This document shows, one piece after another, positions 1-11,979 of a DNA stretch of 64,000 nucleotides. A model generated the notes under the pieces. That model was not told where the DNA came from. It did not search any database and saw only the letters and a list, made by a program, of their open reading frames with translations. A program made the position numbers and the translations under genes. The stretch is from Rhina ancylostomus (taxonomy: Eukaryota), in assembly GCA_030265395.1 (NCBI GenBank), contig JARFYF010000017.1, forward strand, positions 27,371,701-27,435,700. The letters are read 5' to 3'. Position 1 is the first letter of the stretch. Each line of letters opens with the position of its first letter.

Positions 1-1200
1 GAGGATATCCATGACAATATCATTAAGGTATCTTGAGAGGAAATAATTTTAACCATTTTTCACCTGCAATAAAATTTGATAAAATCACTACCAATTCTAT
101 ACTTTGCCCAATTTATTGTACCACTGAGGCCAAAAATCACGAACTCTACTACACAGGCTGCTGATTCTTAAGCACGAGTTTTTTGCCTTGCGATTAAAGT
201 TAAAACAACCCCAGAATCCTCGAAGGGACTTGGAAACATGGAATGAGCAAGGACAACAGCAAGTTTGGTGGCAACCATAATCAAAGCTCCCTGGCAGTAT
301 GGTTACTGGTGGGAGATTTGGAGTAAACACTTACCACGGGTACAGAACTAAGTATCCCTTAACCACCTGAGGATGCTGCCATTTCCAATGCTGACAGCTG
401 ACAAGGACAGCAGCAGCACTTTCCCAACTACCTATAGCCAGCTTGATCCTATTTACCAGACATCATGCAGCTAACTGATTGTCAGCATTTGGCCAAGAAA
501 CAGGATGGTGAGAAGCTGAAACAGATGGGTTCAGTGTACAGTAGCACAATTAAAGAAAATAAAAGCATTTAAAATAAAACAATACCTGGCACTAACTAGC
601 ACACTGGTGCATTACTGTCTCGTGCCATGAAGGAAGAGAACATCTGTTATTCTCTGGACACTGAATTTCTGGAGAGACAAATCAAGCAGAAATGGAGAAA
701 AACAGGAAAGAATCTAATGTGAAAACAAAAAGGTCATGAAATTCTGTGGAGACCATAAGTGAAACTGGCATTTATTAAAGATTTTGGATTAGCTCATTCC
801 AATAATGGAGAATCACCTATGCCAGGCACAACAGCATCCCTTCCCCACTTGAAGCAGAAATCCTGTGGGGGGACAGTGGGTCCAACAAGGGCCCACCAGC
901 AACATGCTGAGGCCCTGAACCTATAAAGTATAATCACAAACTTTTCATGGGCTGTTTTAACTCAACCCAGGCTCTGAGTCCTACACTTCACAGAAAATAA
1001 ATGCATGTCCCTGTTAAACTAGGAACAGTGGAAACATATATGGTGTTGATGATTATGCTTAAACCCTGAAGTAGTCTTTAACATTATTTTTACTCCTTGA
1101 TAAGATTACTTCCATATGCCCATTATAACTTACATATGTCAGTAAACCTCCTGTGTGGTTACTTACCTTGAATGAGGAATAACAGTTTTATCCATCAACT

Positions 1201-1556
1201 ATGGGTCAGTTGGTAGCAATCTAGACTCTGAATTAGAAGGCTCCATCAAGCATACAAACACAAAAGCCTTGGACGAGGAATAAAGCACTGTCAGAGTTAT
1301 CATCTGGATGAGACATTGACCCCCCAAACTCAGGTCTATGATTCCTAGTTCACCTCAGTGCCCTGACCTATTTTATCCTTTAGCTAACGTATCCAAAACA
1401 GAATAGCGCCCATCATCACATTTCTGTCTGTGGAGCTGGTTGTGCTCAAATTGGCAGTATTTTTCTTTATATTTAACAATGCCTACAAATTTAAAAGGAC
1501 CGCATTGGCCCTAAAGTACCTTGAAACATGCTGAAAGGTCCTTTATAAATGTAGAA
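1201..1556 (+). mobile_element. Decayed DeuSINE (SacSINE1-like) SINE
   Basis: tRNA-like head ggtcagttggtagca..ctctgaattagaagg, Deu-domain-like core catcatcacatttctgtctgtggagctggttgtgctcaaattggc, and tail ctgaaaggtcctttataaatgtag, colinear with the recalled SacSINE1 consensus. Confidence 0.75.
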
Positions 1557-2117
1557 CCCTCATTGCTGAGCAGACAAATTTTAAGCAAAGTCACAAAGTG
1601 ATGAGGAGAAAAGGCATATGACTGTGACAGCTGTAATAAACTCACACATTAATTGTAAACTCACAGGAAGGTACCACAGCAACCATGTTCTCCAAATCAA
1701 ACAGCATTGATTAGTTCATATTAAATTCCTTGTAATATGTGAACATTTTGTCTATTTGATAATGATGTGCAAGGATCATCATGTAAAATTGTTATACGTA
1801 GACATTGGTTCATAGTCTTTTTACAGGCCTAAACCACAAGCCTAGGTCTCATGCTAAATTGTCATGCCTCAGGAGTTAGAATGATCCATGCTTCATGATC
1901 AACCAATAGCTGGCTGCTGAGGAGAGCATCTTTCACTGAGAGCAACATTAAGTTTACAGAAATCAATGCAAAAAAATATATAGCTTGGAATTGTTTCAGA
2001 GTTATAATCCTCATTCTGGGACTTTGCGGCAATCGTGGGCCATTTTGTCTTTGGTTCCAAGTTTCTGGAACTGTTATCCGAATCCCACAATCCGATAATT
2101 GCCTTCATATTACTCAC

Positions 2118-2164
2118 AGGGATCGAACAGTCTATATTAGCGAAGTTCTGTTTTATCCCATCTT
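2118..2164 (-). CDS. Internal coding exon (47 nt, phase 1 to 0) of an unidentified minus-strand gene: (E)DGIKQNFANIDCSIP
   Basis: Acceptor tttttttatatttaatAG, donor CCT|GTGAGT, open frame, retained CpGs; phase matches the end of exon 21075-21224 (GAA G|AA GAT). Confidence 0.65.
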
Positions 2165-5100
2165 CTATTAAATATAAAAAAAACCATTGAGACAGAATGC
2201 TACAGTGGCTTGGGAAGTGGATTTAAGCAGTTAGGACTTCCACAATCAATACTTGGATAACTTTTCATGACAATCAGGTATATTCTATTCATAGACACAG
2301 AACCTACTTATTTCTGGTAAAGTTATCAGTTTTATCATTGCCATGTCACTTTACATGAAAATCTCATTGAGGCTTTAATATCAATTGTGTTCTGTTAAAG
2401 TGATTAATCAGAAAATCACGACAGATTCAGTCAACATTATTCCAAGTCCTTGGCAAATTCTGTAAACAGTCAAAATATGCTGTAGGAATTCCTTTCCTTG
2501 CAAATACAGAGTTATTGAGAACAGGGCTTTTAAATGTTATGAGCTTTAAGATTTTTGTGCCCAGTATTGTCAATACAAGATTTTGTTTATTTTTTTCCAA
2601 CAACATAATTGTCAAGGTATAAGTACCATTACAACCCTGAAGCTGCTGATCTGCTTTTCTGATGGGTAAAATGACCTTTTGTAATGTCACATCTTACAGG
2701 GATTTCCTTCACATTTTGACAATATGTCATAAAATGAACTTTAGTTTTGCTTTATTAATGTTTTTCAGTGCAAATATGTTAAACACATTTTTGTTCAATT
2801 AGACATGAGATGTCAATGCTGAAGAATACAGTTTTCCAAATTTTCATCTAATTACATTGCAATGCACCTCTAGCACAACCATGACAGATATTCTGAATAT
2901 CAGACTCCTGCTTTATGGATCTGAAAATATCTCATTGTAGCCTGTTGCAGCACAATAGAATTTCTTTCCCTCGCATATATTTTATAAATAAAGTAGAGCA
3001 AAATAATGTGATATATGAACATATTTTCCAATAGTTTCTTTTCCTCATGACCTCTTCCCAAGACCCAGGAACCTTTCAGTTGAAACTTGGAAAACTTTTT
3101 GTGGAAGATCTTCTGGTGATTTGAAGGTAGTGATTGTAACACCCCGCTATGATATACATTCTACTTAATAATTATTTGGAATCTCATTATAAAAATGTTG
3201 TAGCTTTTGTAGTTACTTTCATACCTGTAGTTAGTGTCATGCTGCCATGTTTCCTTAACACATCACTGTCAGGTAATGCCCAGTGCCAAAGAACAGTGTT
3301 TTACAGAGTATTCTGCATGTTGGAGTCCTTGTGCTATCAAACTTCCATCACCATAAGTTGGAAGTCTCTACATTTTAATTTTCATCCAACTTAATCAATT
3401 GCTTTTATTAATTTAGAGTTGTTTTAGCAGTTCTTCTTACAGTTTGAAAGATGGCTTACTAGTTTGATCCATTCCTGCTTTTATACCTCCCTATTTTTGA
3501 GCAAAGAATACTTGTTCTGCCCCACATATCTGAGACCCCTTGCTTTCTATAGTTTGATGGGTAACCCCTGTCTTTGTAGTTTCTGCTCTTACAGTGGAAT
3601 TGGCAGTCTTTGGGCACTCAAACTGTCAGGTCACATCACCCTCTTCTTCCAATAAACCACCAAAAGGAATCTGGAAGAGATTAATATCCTCAAAATTAGA
3701 ACCACATACATCAGATGGACAAGGAGAGCCAGAGAGAGAAAAACCAGAGTCAGAAGAAAGAAGTTATTGAACGACAAGTTCCATGCACAAGAAAAAAAAA
3801 CAGGGGATTTGTAAGATATACAAAAAATGTAGAAATGAATAGCGCANNNNNNNNNNNNNNNNNNNNNNNNNNNNNNNNNNNNNNNNNNNNNNNNNNNNNN
3901 NNNNNNNNNNNNNNNNNNNNNNNNNNNNNNNNNNNNNNNNNNNNNNATATACAAAAAATGTAGAAATGAATAGCGCAGGGAAAAACAATAAAATGAGTCA
4001 ATTGATAGATTTAAAAAAATACAGGGCAAATAGACAAAATATAGGGGGAGTGACTTCAAACAGGCAAGGCACAGAAAGACGAGCCCACAATTCCATTATA
4101 ATTTTGTCCATTTCCTCTCCCAGTCTACCAGTCCCAAACAGCATGCAATCTAAACTTTCTTTTGGAATTTTAGTGTCTTCTTTCCCTCGGTACTTTCCAG
4201 CTTCTGATTTTCCTTCACCTTGTCCACCCACGCTATAAATCCTATTTTACACTCCTTATCCCTTTGTCACAATTTCTTATCAAGCATTTGTTCCCATCTC
4301 CTAATCCCACTTGACTCAGCTGCCATGTTGCGTCAATCCTAGAAATATAATAATACAGCACAAATTAAAATGTATGGTTGCTAATATCAATAGAGGCTCA
4401 ATTGCTTGATGGTACCAAGTTATACAGATAAGGAAGGTTTCAAATTCATTGAATTCTTTTTGCGATATTGTCAGGAGCAAGGGAGTTGCTACTCCTGGGG
4501 TAGGGAGGTGTTGGGATGGGGATGGAATGTGAAATGAGGTCTGTTTCCTCACCTTGATAGCTGTTTAACTAACCACAAATGGTGTGGTGAAAACAGAATT
4601 GGATTCAGTTGTGCGTCATCCACTTAAATACTTTGCTGTACTTAAGATGGAACTTTCAGTGGAGTAATAAAGGGGAGTAAGAAATCCCCGGCCTATTATG
4701 TGCTATTCTTGATTTCCCATTAAAGGAAAGGACAGTCAGGTGGGGGCTATAATGTGTAGCCAATCTACTGCCAGTTTCACACCCCAAAGACACCAATCAT
4801 TTCAATGGCCATATGAGACAATTTCCCACTTGAGTAAAGTGGTGGAGAGTTGATTGTGCAATATGTACTCTATGTTAGTCAGAACCATTAGGACAAGTGG
4901 AGAGAAAAACAGACCAAAAGTAATTTATAACCAGTCTAATTTACAACACATTCAAGTGACAACTATTTCTCCCAATTTTTTGTTGAAAATTTCAATTAAT
5001 ATTCTTTCAAAAACTTAATTTTTCAAAACAGTATTTTTTTTCTGTTTCAAAGCTCTGTGGTTATTGGTGACTTTGTTCTGCTGCCTGCTAAGTCAGTCAC

Positions 5101-5829
5101 CAAAAAGTATCACAATCTGACATCAGTTAAGCAGTAACCAGGAAAACTATTTTCCTCTTGCATTTTAACATTCTCTTGCTTTTAACACAATCAGGTTTCA
5201 CATTTCAGTTAAAGTGCATTAAGAATCACAATATATGAATTTGCTACAAGTTCATTAAAAATCATATGTAATATTAGTATATGTCACTATTTGTAACTAA
5301 TGTCCCTCTGAGATTCTCAGCACTAGAAACACTAGTATCAGAAGAATAAAATTATTGATAGTATTGTAGGAGAAGCAACAACTATACAAGTTGATTACTA
5401 AATGAAGATTGTAAAAGATATGGAGAAAAATTTACTTTGATCATTTTTGTTTTCAAGTATATGTAAGGTGTTTTAACTTATAGATTTTCCACTTGCAGGG
5501 ATATAGAAGCATCACCAAATTATTTATCCTTAATAGGAAATATTTATCATTTAACCATGATATAATTTTTTTTAAAAATCTAGCCAAAAGCAGAACCAAC
5601 AAAGCAACTTTACCTTAAAATGCTTGATGTAGATTTCACACACTTGCAAGTCTGGTTTATATCACTCAGACATGATTATTATCACCTGGACCCCCTTGAT
5701 TTGTCTCATTAGAGCTGATTCCTCAATTGGTTACTTCCTAGAAGGATTGGCTGTTTCAATGAGCATTTGTCATGAAACTTTGGACCCAATAATCCAGTTG
5801 TTTTATCTTTTTAGATGAACAGACTCTGC

Positions 5830-6130
5830 ACTGCCAGGATTTGTAACACTTCACAAAGCACTCAACAGGGAGACACACTTCCTCACCCCTCCTCCAACCT
5901 TCATAAATTCCAAATCATCCCAAATTCTGATGTCTTTTCCTGTGCCACGCTCTCATTCATCAGCTCTTCCTTGATGATCCCTAATGGTTCATATCCCCAA
6001 AAATATTGAAATAAAATTCCTGTAGTTTTATGGATCCTCTCAGGCCCTACCTCACTCACTCTCTCTCTACAGCCTCTTTAACTATTACATCTCAGCATAT
6101 GTTCTTTGGACCTTTGATTACAGACTCCTA
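5830..6130 (+). mobile_element. L2-like LINE 3' fragment, heavily decayed
   Basis: Residual similarity to the L2 C-terminal LxxLQxxQN..LxxLHWLP..IxFKI..GxxPxYL block (ccttcataaattccaaatcatcccaaattctg; cttgatgatccctaatggttc; attgaaataaaattcctg). Confidence 0.5.
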
Positions 6131-8479
6131 CACCTCTGGCTGCAAGATAAATTTCTAGTATAATACCTGTACAAAATTGATTTTTATCACTTATGATTTT
6201 GCTCCAGGCATTTTGACAGACAGGTTCTCAGTCGTCTTGCTCAGCTGACGAGGTCATTTGAGATATTCAGCCTCTCCTACTAATAGTTCAACAAGATTAG
6301 CAAATCAGCCATGGACTAAATAAAGTTCAATGTGAATGCAATTGAAACATTTCCAAGCTCTTCCACCAGCTGCCTATCATAGTTATATCAGGCCACAGCT
6401 GGGTACCACAGTATGATTGCTTTTGAACCTTATCCTACTGGGATTTAAACATTCTGCGTTTGAGTTGAGAAGTAAGCATTCTACCAGTGTTCCTTCAAGT
6501 CCTTGAAGTATATTCTGATGTATTTAATCAGTGCTTTAACCTCATTGCCATGTATTGAGAACTGTATCAGAACCAGGCTTTTACTTGCATCCAAATTCAA
6601 TTGAATTTAGAGTGCTATACTTGGTCTACATTGAATTTTTCTGCCTCAAACAGCCTTTGATCAGTATCTCCCACAACTTTGAAAGCTGATTTGTCTTATT
6701 TCCAGCAGAGAAACTTGGAGACAAGTGATTATCACTAATGCTGCACTGTGTGTAAGGATCCTTTACATGGAAGGAAGGCAAAATTAGATATCAATATCTC
6801 CTACCTGGATGAAGATTTCTTTTCATACATTATTTTAATGACAGAAATTAGGTTGACAGGGCTTGGTACCTACCCTCACCTTTATAAAGAGCAGTGCATA
6901 TTGGAAAGGGTTGCAGGGACTAATTGATTACAGATAGCCTGAGAGGACAATGAAGGTATCAGAGACATGTGACCAAATATAGATGTGCAAGTGAAAGCAC
7001 GTATCTAGGTCAGATCAATTAGGTGGCATCATAGTACTTTTGTTGCAAAGTGCATAATATGCAAGGAGCACAGTTAGAGTGGTGTGAATTGGGGCACAAT
7101 AATAATAATCATAATAAATAGATGATAAATTTTCTGTGCCCATTTAAGGATATTTTGGCTCCTGCTCCACAAAAATGTTCCTTCCTCATTATCATCTGTC
7201 TTCCTTCTTGTTCTAGCATATTCTCATCTTTATATTATCAATCAGTCTGACCTATCCACATGAGCCTCCATTCCAAATGTGTCTTTCTTCCTCAATAAGA
7301 TTCTCATGATCTATTATCTCTTTCGAATTGGCTTGCCAGGATGCTGGAGTTTACTAAATATTGGTTCACAGATAATACTCTTTCTCTGTGTTTATGCCAG
7401 ATTCTTTGCCGCTATTAATTTTACCACATCACTCATCAGGGCACAGATATTCTGAAATAGTATGGTTTTCATTTCTAGGTCCCTAACCTAGCCTATTCAA
7501 TAACCTAGCCTACTGTGCCACTATTTATGATCTCTCATTCAAACACTCACCCAACATTCTACTGCCTAGAAACTGGATGATAGAGTGCTGTGTTTTTAAG
7601 CCCACATGACTGCAGTTCAATATTTGTGTATGAAGTGTGAAAATGCGATCACACTGCAAGTGTCATACGGTTCAGGAAATCCAACCTGGCACTTCCAGTC
7701 TCAGTACAAGCCAGTAGACATCAGATGTTTGGTGCGTAGGATGCCCTCCAGTGTGATGTCATCCTTTGAAATACTTATCTGGAACACTGACAGCTGNNNN
7801 NNNNNNNNNNNNNNNNNNNNNNNNNNNNNNNNNNNNNNNNNNNAGTGAGCCAGGTTTTCACTGAGTTCCATTCACTGCATCTACACTCTTTAAAGGGCCG
7901 TTCACCCATTTGCTTCTACTGTCTGTTGCAGGGAACTCTGAAGGCTGGTTGGCACTTCAGTAGACTGCTGTAGATTTCCACTGTGACTGAGACTTCTCTT
8001 CTTACCTCTGCATTGGAGCCACTTTTGCGACAGTCCTGCTGATTGTTGCGCACAAGTTGAAGCTGCAAGATAGGCATCTGAGGTACAGAAAGATGGAGAA
8101 GGCGGCTTGATATCACCAGACACTATCTCTCCAAGATGGCTCAGGGTGCCACACTCTTATCTCTGGCTTTCAAAAGAGCAAAGGTTTCCTAAATCAGTGG
8201 TGACAGTGACATTATTCATATCAAAGTGTTGTATTGACAAGGCGGCATGGTTGAACTATTATCACTAGATGTGCCTTCAGTGGAAGTGGATACATGGAAT
8301 CTTTGTGAATTGCCCCCATCATGGTGTGTTATCACTTGCTGAAAAGGGATAAGGTAGTGACCCAGAAACAAGGGTTAAGGTCTGCTGGCCATCATGGGGT
8401 AGGGGTCTGTGTGCGTGAGTTTAGGTCTGAAGGCTGTGAGTGATCAGCTGCATTCAGGAGAGATTTAACTACCAGGCAA

Positions 8480-8580
8480 AACAGCATCCCCTTAAAACTA
8501 CAGAGCATCAGCCCAGATTTTGTGCACAGTTCCCTGGGACATGAGCTCACAACCTTCTGACTCCAGTGTCATTCCATAAG
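8480..8580 (-). mobile_element. DeuSINE/SacSINE1-like 5' fragment
   Basis: Reverse complement reads gagtcagaaggttgtgagctcatgtccc..gcacaaaatctgggctgatgct, matching the SINE head. Confidence 0.6.
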
Positions 8581-9699
8581 TGAAAATAATTCAAGGTAAT
8601 AAGTTTTATAAATCAATAAAGAGCCACTCAGTATACATGCACAAATCTCTGGAGGTTCTGCATACTTTAATGGCCACAAAATGATGACAACACCAGAGCA
8701 CATTCCAGGTTTCCAAAAGGCCCAAGAAAGATATTTTGTTAATGATGTCTTGAAAGAAAGTACAGCTATGTTTGCAACAACACTAACACAGATTTGTGAA
8801 GGTCAGACAGAAATGGCCCTTAAAGTAACTGTGGTCTCCTATGTTAAAAGGAATGGGGCAAGACTGCCAGAATTATCTGAATAATGCACAAAGATCTCCA
8901 GTAACAAGAAAGTGGGACATATTTCACCTTATGTTTGTTCTCAATGGAACAGGAAATTACCACGTAAAAAGAAATTGGTTCCTATGGATTCTGCTTAAGT
9001 GACATTGCCCTCTCTGTAGTTTCTAGCTGCTGGAAAAGCTGTGTTAAATCATAAATTCTACGATTTGCAAAATTGGCATGGCTGGAACTTCTCATCTGGT
9101 TAAAATATGTTCCTAAGTTCCTTTGTAATCTCAAAATATTTGCCAATCCAAACATAAGCAAAATGTTAATTATATAATGCCTAATGCCATTTGTAAACCA
9201 TGACACTTTTTAAACACATAGTGTTTCTCTTTGTTCAAATAAAGTGGGTATGACAGATGAATGGCCTTGGGTAATGGATGCTGATATGTATGGTGTTTCC
9301 GTGGTCTGATACCATCTCAACAGTAACTAAGGCTAAACCTTTTGTCTTCTTGAAATCTGTGAATTAGTCCAACGAGCTCAAGGTTGTTATTTTGACCATA
9401 GGATGAAAAGAGACAGTTAAGTGGGTGTGAATAAGACTCACCAGTTTTATAAGTTTACATAACCTCCACAATTGAGTTCAGATACAGTGATTTGAATTAG
9501 CCTGGAAGTGATCCCTAGATGCCTGCAAGTAATAATGAGATAACTGGGGCATTTTGCGAAGGCTCCCCGTATCTACTTCCATTGAAGGTAACAAGCCCAG
9601 CCCATTGCATTGTGGAACAGTTCAGACCGGTTCAGAGACTGAGGAGCAGGGCACATGGGTTCTCAGATTCAGGACACAGAAAGATTCAGTGAAGATGCC

Positions 9700-10200
9700 T
9701 TCGACCCATAATGCGAATAGGTGCCAATACACACTCCTAGCTCTCCTGCCCCTCTCTCCAGAAACAGCTGGTGCTCCTCCTTCTGGCTTCATGTCCTCTT
9801 CCTGTTCCTCATCCAGCAAGATGCCACTGACCAAACCTTTCTTCTGGTAGTTCCTATGAAGTGTAGTAAAATAATTTTTTTTCATGCAAACTCCTTGGAT
9901 AATTTCCAGAACAAATACCGCCTAGGTTTTGAGAAATTTTGGTAACATGTCCCACAATTTCTCCTGCTGTTTCAGAAGTTTTCTCCAGAGCTCAAGCAGC
10001 AAGTGCCTGTGAAATGGTGAGTATGCCTTTAAGAGTTGAGCATCACTTTAAGCAGTACTTGAAATAAACATTATTGCTGTGTTTTCACCCAAACAATTGG
10101 TTATTGTTGGGACAGGTGAAGCCCAGACACCAAATACTTCCTTAATGATGGCTGTTGGGCAACATATGTGCCAATTGCCTATATAATAAGCTGCTGGACA
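9700..10200 (-). mobile_element. Possible PIF/Harbinger transposase fossil
   Basis: Minus strand shows AIG-TYVA (cf. AIDxTHV), GFTCPN (cf. GFHSxN) and an acidic C-terminal tract DEEQEEDM..GRRAR; heavily frameshifted. Confidence 0.4.
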
Positions 10201-10439
10201 GTTGTCTCCAGCACAGTATTCTGTTCCTTTACCAAGAACATTTTACATTAAATATGAGCAAAAACAATAGTTCATCTCAAAACCCCAATTTGCCTACCAC
10301 TTAGTCTCCTGAAGTATCTGTTGAAAATCGGTCCCCTAAAGATGAGCAAGAGAGCTTGCAAATCAGCGACTACTGTCTGCCCTCTCCCTCTGATATCTCC
10401 TATCAACAAAATGTTTATCTATGTGCACTGCAAATTGCC

Positions 10440-10760
10440 TGATGTAGGACTGGTTTTTAAAAGAACACCGTGAAAAATTCATGCCACGTAAACATTCCCT
10501 TCCAGGGGGAGAGTCCTCTAGATCCAGATGTTTTTCACAGGTATCTGTAGTGAATGATACAATTGTGGGCCAGGAACTTCACATGACTGGATATGTCTGT
10601 CTGACCTNNNNNNNNNNNNNNNNNNCTCTGGTCACTTTCAAAATGGGAGACTGACTCTTCTGCCTCCTTTGGAGAGTCTCATCAAGTTATTGATGGGAAC
10701 TTGCTACCACAAGCTTCTAAAGCTGGAGAAAGAAGAGGCCAGTTTAAAAATCAGTAGGGA
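10440..10760 (+). mobile_element. RTE-like LINE 3' fragment, heavily decayed
   Basis: Weak colinear similarity to the RTE copy at 63460-64000 (I-x-W region, LxWxGHV-like cttcacatgactggatatgtc, WExLAxxxxxWR-like tgggaacttgctacc..ctggagaaag). Confidence 0.4.
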
Positions 10761-11979
10761 GAGAAATTTCTCTTTTGTCACATGAGCTAAAAACACAATA
10801 TAAAAAATATACACACTGAACTCTGCTTCCAAAATTCTGAATTTAGCATGTCTGACCATGGGAAAATTACTTCCTCAATGTCTTCACTTTTGAATGTTTC
10901 AGGCCTGGCTGCCAATCTCTGAAATTGAGTTGTTTCATACAGTCCTGCTGTCATTTCAGAAGGACATCTGGTGGACCCATGTAGAGGCTATTTGCATCTA
11001 CCTAATATGTGTCCATCCACACAAAGACAGAAGTGCACTAACCTTGGAAAGTGATTCTGAGCCAATTCGAGAGCAAGATGGATCCATCGGCAGTGGGTCA
11101 CCAAGGAATTCATTGGGGTAGAGGCCAAAAAAGAAAGGCCAAACTGTTGACATTTAAGAGAGTAAGGAAAAGGAACTTTAATTTATTAATGTAATTTTTC
11201 TCTTGTAACTTTTGCCTTCTGTATTAAAGTTTACAGTTAGTGGTATCTTTCAGTAAATCTAAACCCATGTGAACTTTACACTTTCTGCTTGTGTTTACAT
11301 ACCACACCATGCAGCCTGGTGCCAGAGTGGATCGTTTTCATATGTTATAACTTTCAAATCATACATTGAACTTCCTGTACACATTATTTATGTACTTTCA
11401 TCTCAGAGGCTAGGCCAAATACAGATTTTTTTTCAACAGTAAGATAAACACTGCTTACAGACAGTCTTTTATGCTATTATTCTGAAACAAGATCCAAATT
11501 ACTGCAGTAAGAAAGCAATTGAGTTGTACTTATGAAAAAATGTGCTCAAAGTCCATCTTCCAGGCTATATCAGAATGCAATTCCTGGGATACATGCTTTT
11601 AACTCCTTGAGAACTGCGGTAATGTTTCCATGTCGGATTTGCTTCAAGAAAATCAGATTTTGGCTAAGTCAGCAAGAAGTAAACATGCAAATGTTCAATA
11701 TAATGCCTTCACAAGACAAGATGCAGTAAAATATGTAGAAAGAGAAGAAGATATCCAAAAAGATAATGATTTATTTTGCAAGGCAGCATACTTGAGCTAT
11801 TTATACAGTGAAACTTTAAACTGGAAAACTGAATGTTCCAGACTTTCTGTGACAACATTACACTGCTGCAGAGTAAGCACATCACGTTACTCGTCTATCC
11901 AATTGGATCATAACATAAACAAATATATTAAAAATACTTATAAAAAAGGGAACAATATGTCCATACTTAAAGAGACACT

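Noticed and set aside
3816-3976. Direct repeat of about 30 bp on both sides of a 100-N gap, and the long X-containing ORFs across it
   Set aside because: Identical flanks around a placeholder gap indicate unmerged contig overlap, not a tandem array; the ORFs are open only because of Ns
7552-7566. 15-nt AG..GT micro-exon-like segment
   Set aside because: Too short to distinguish from chance
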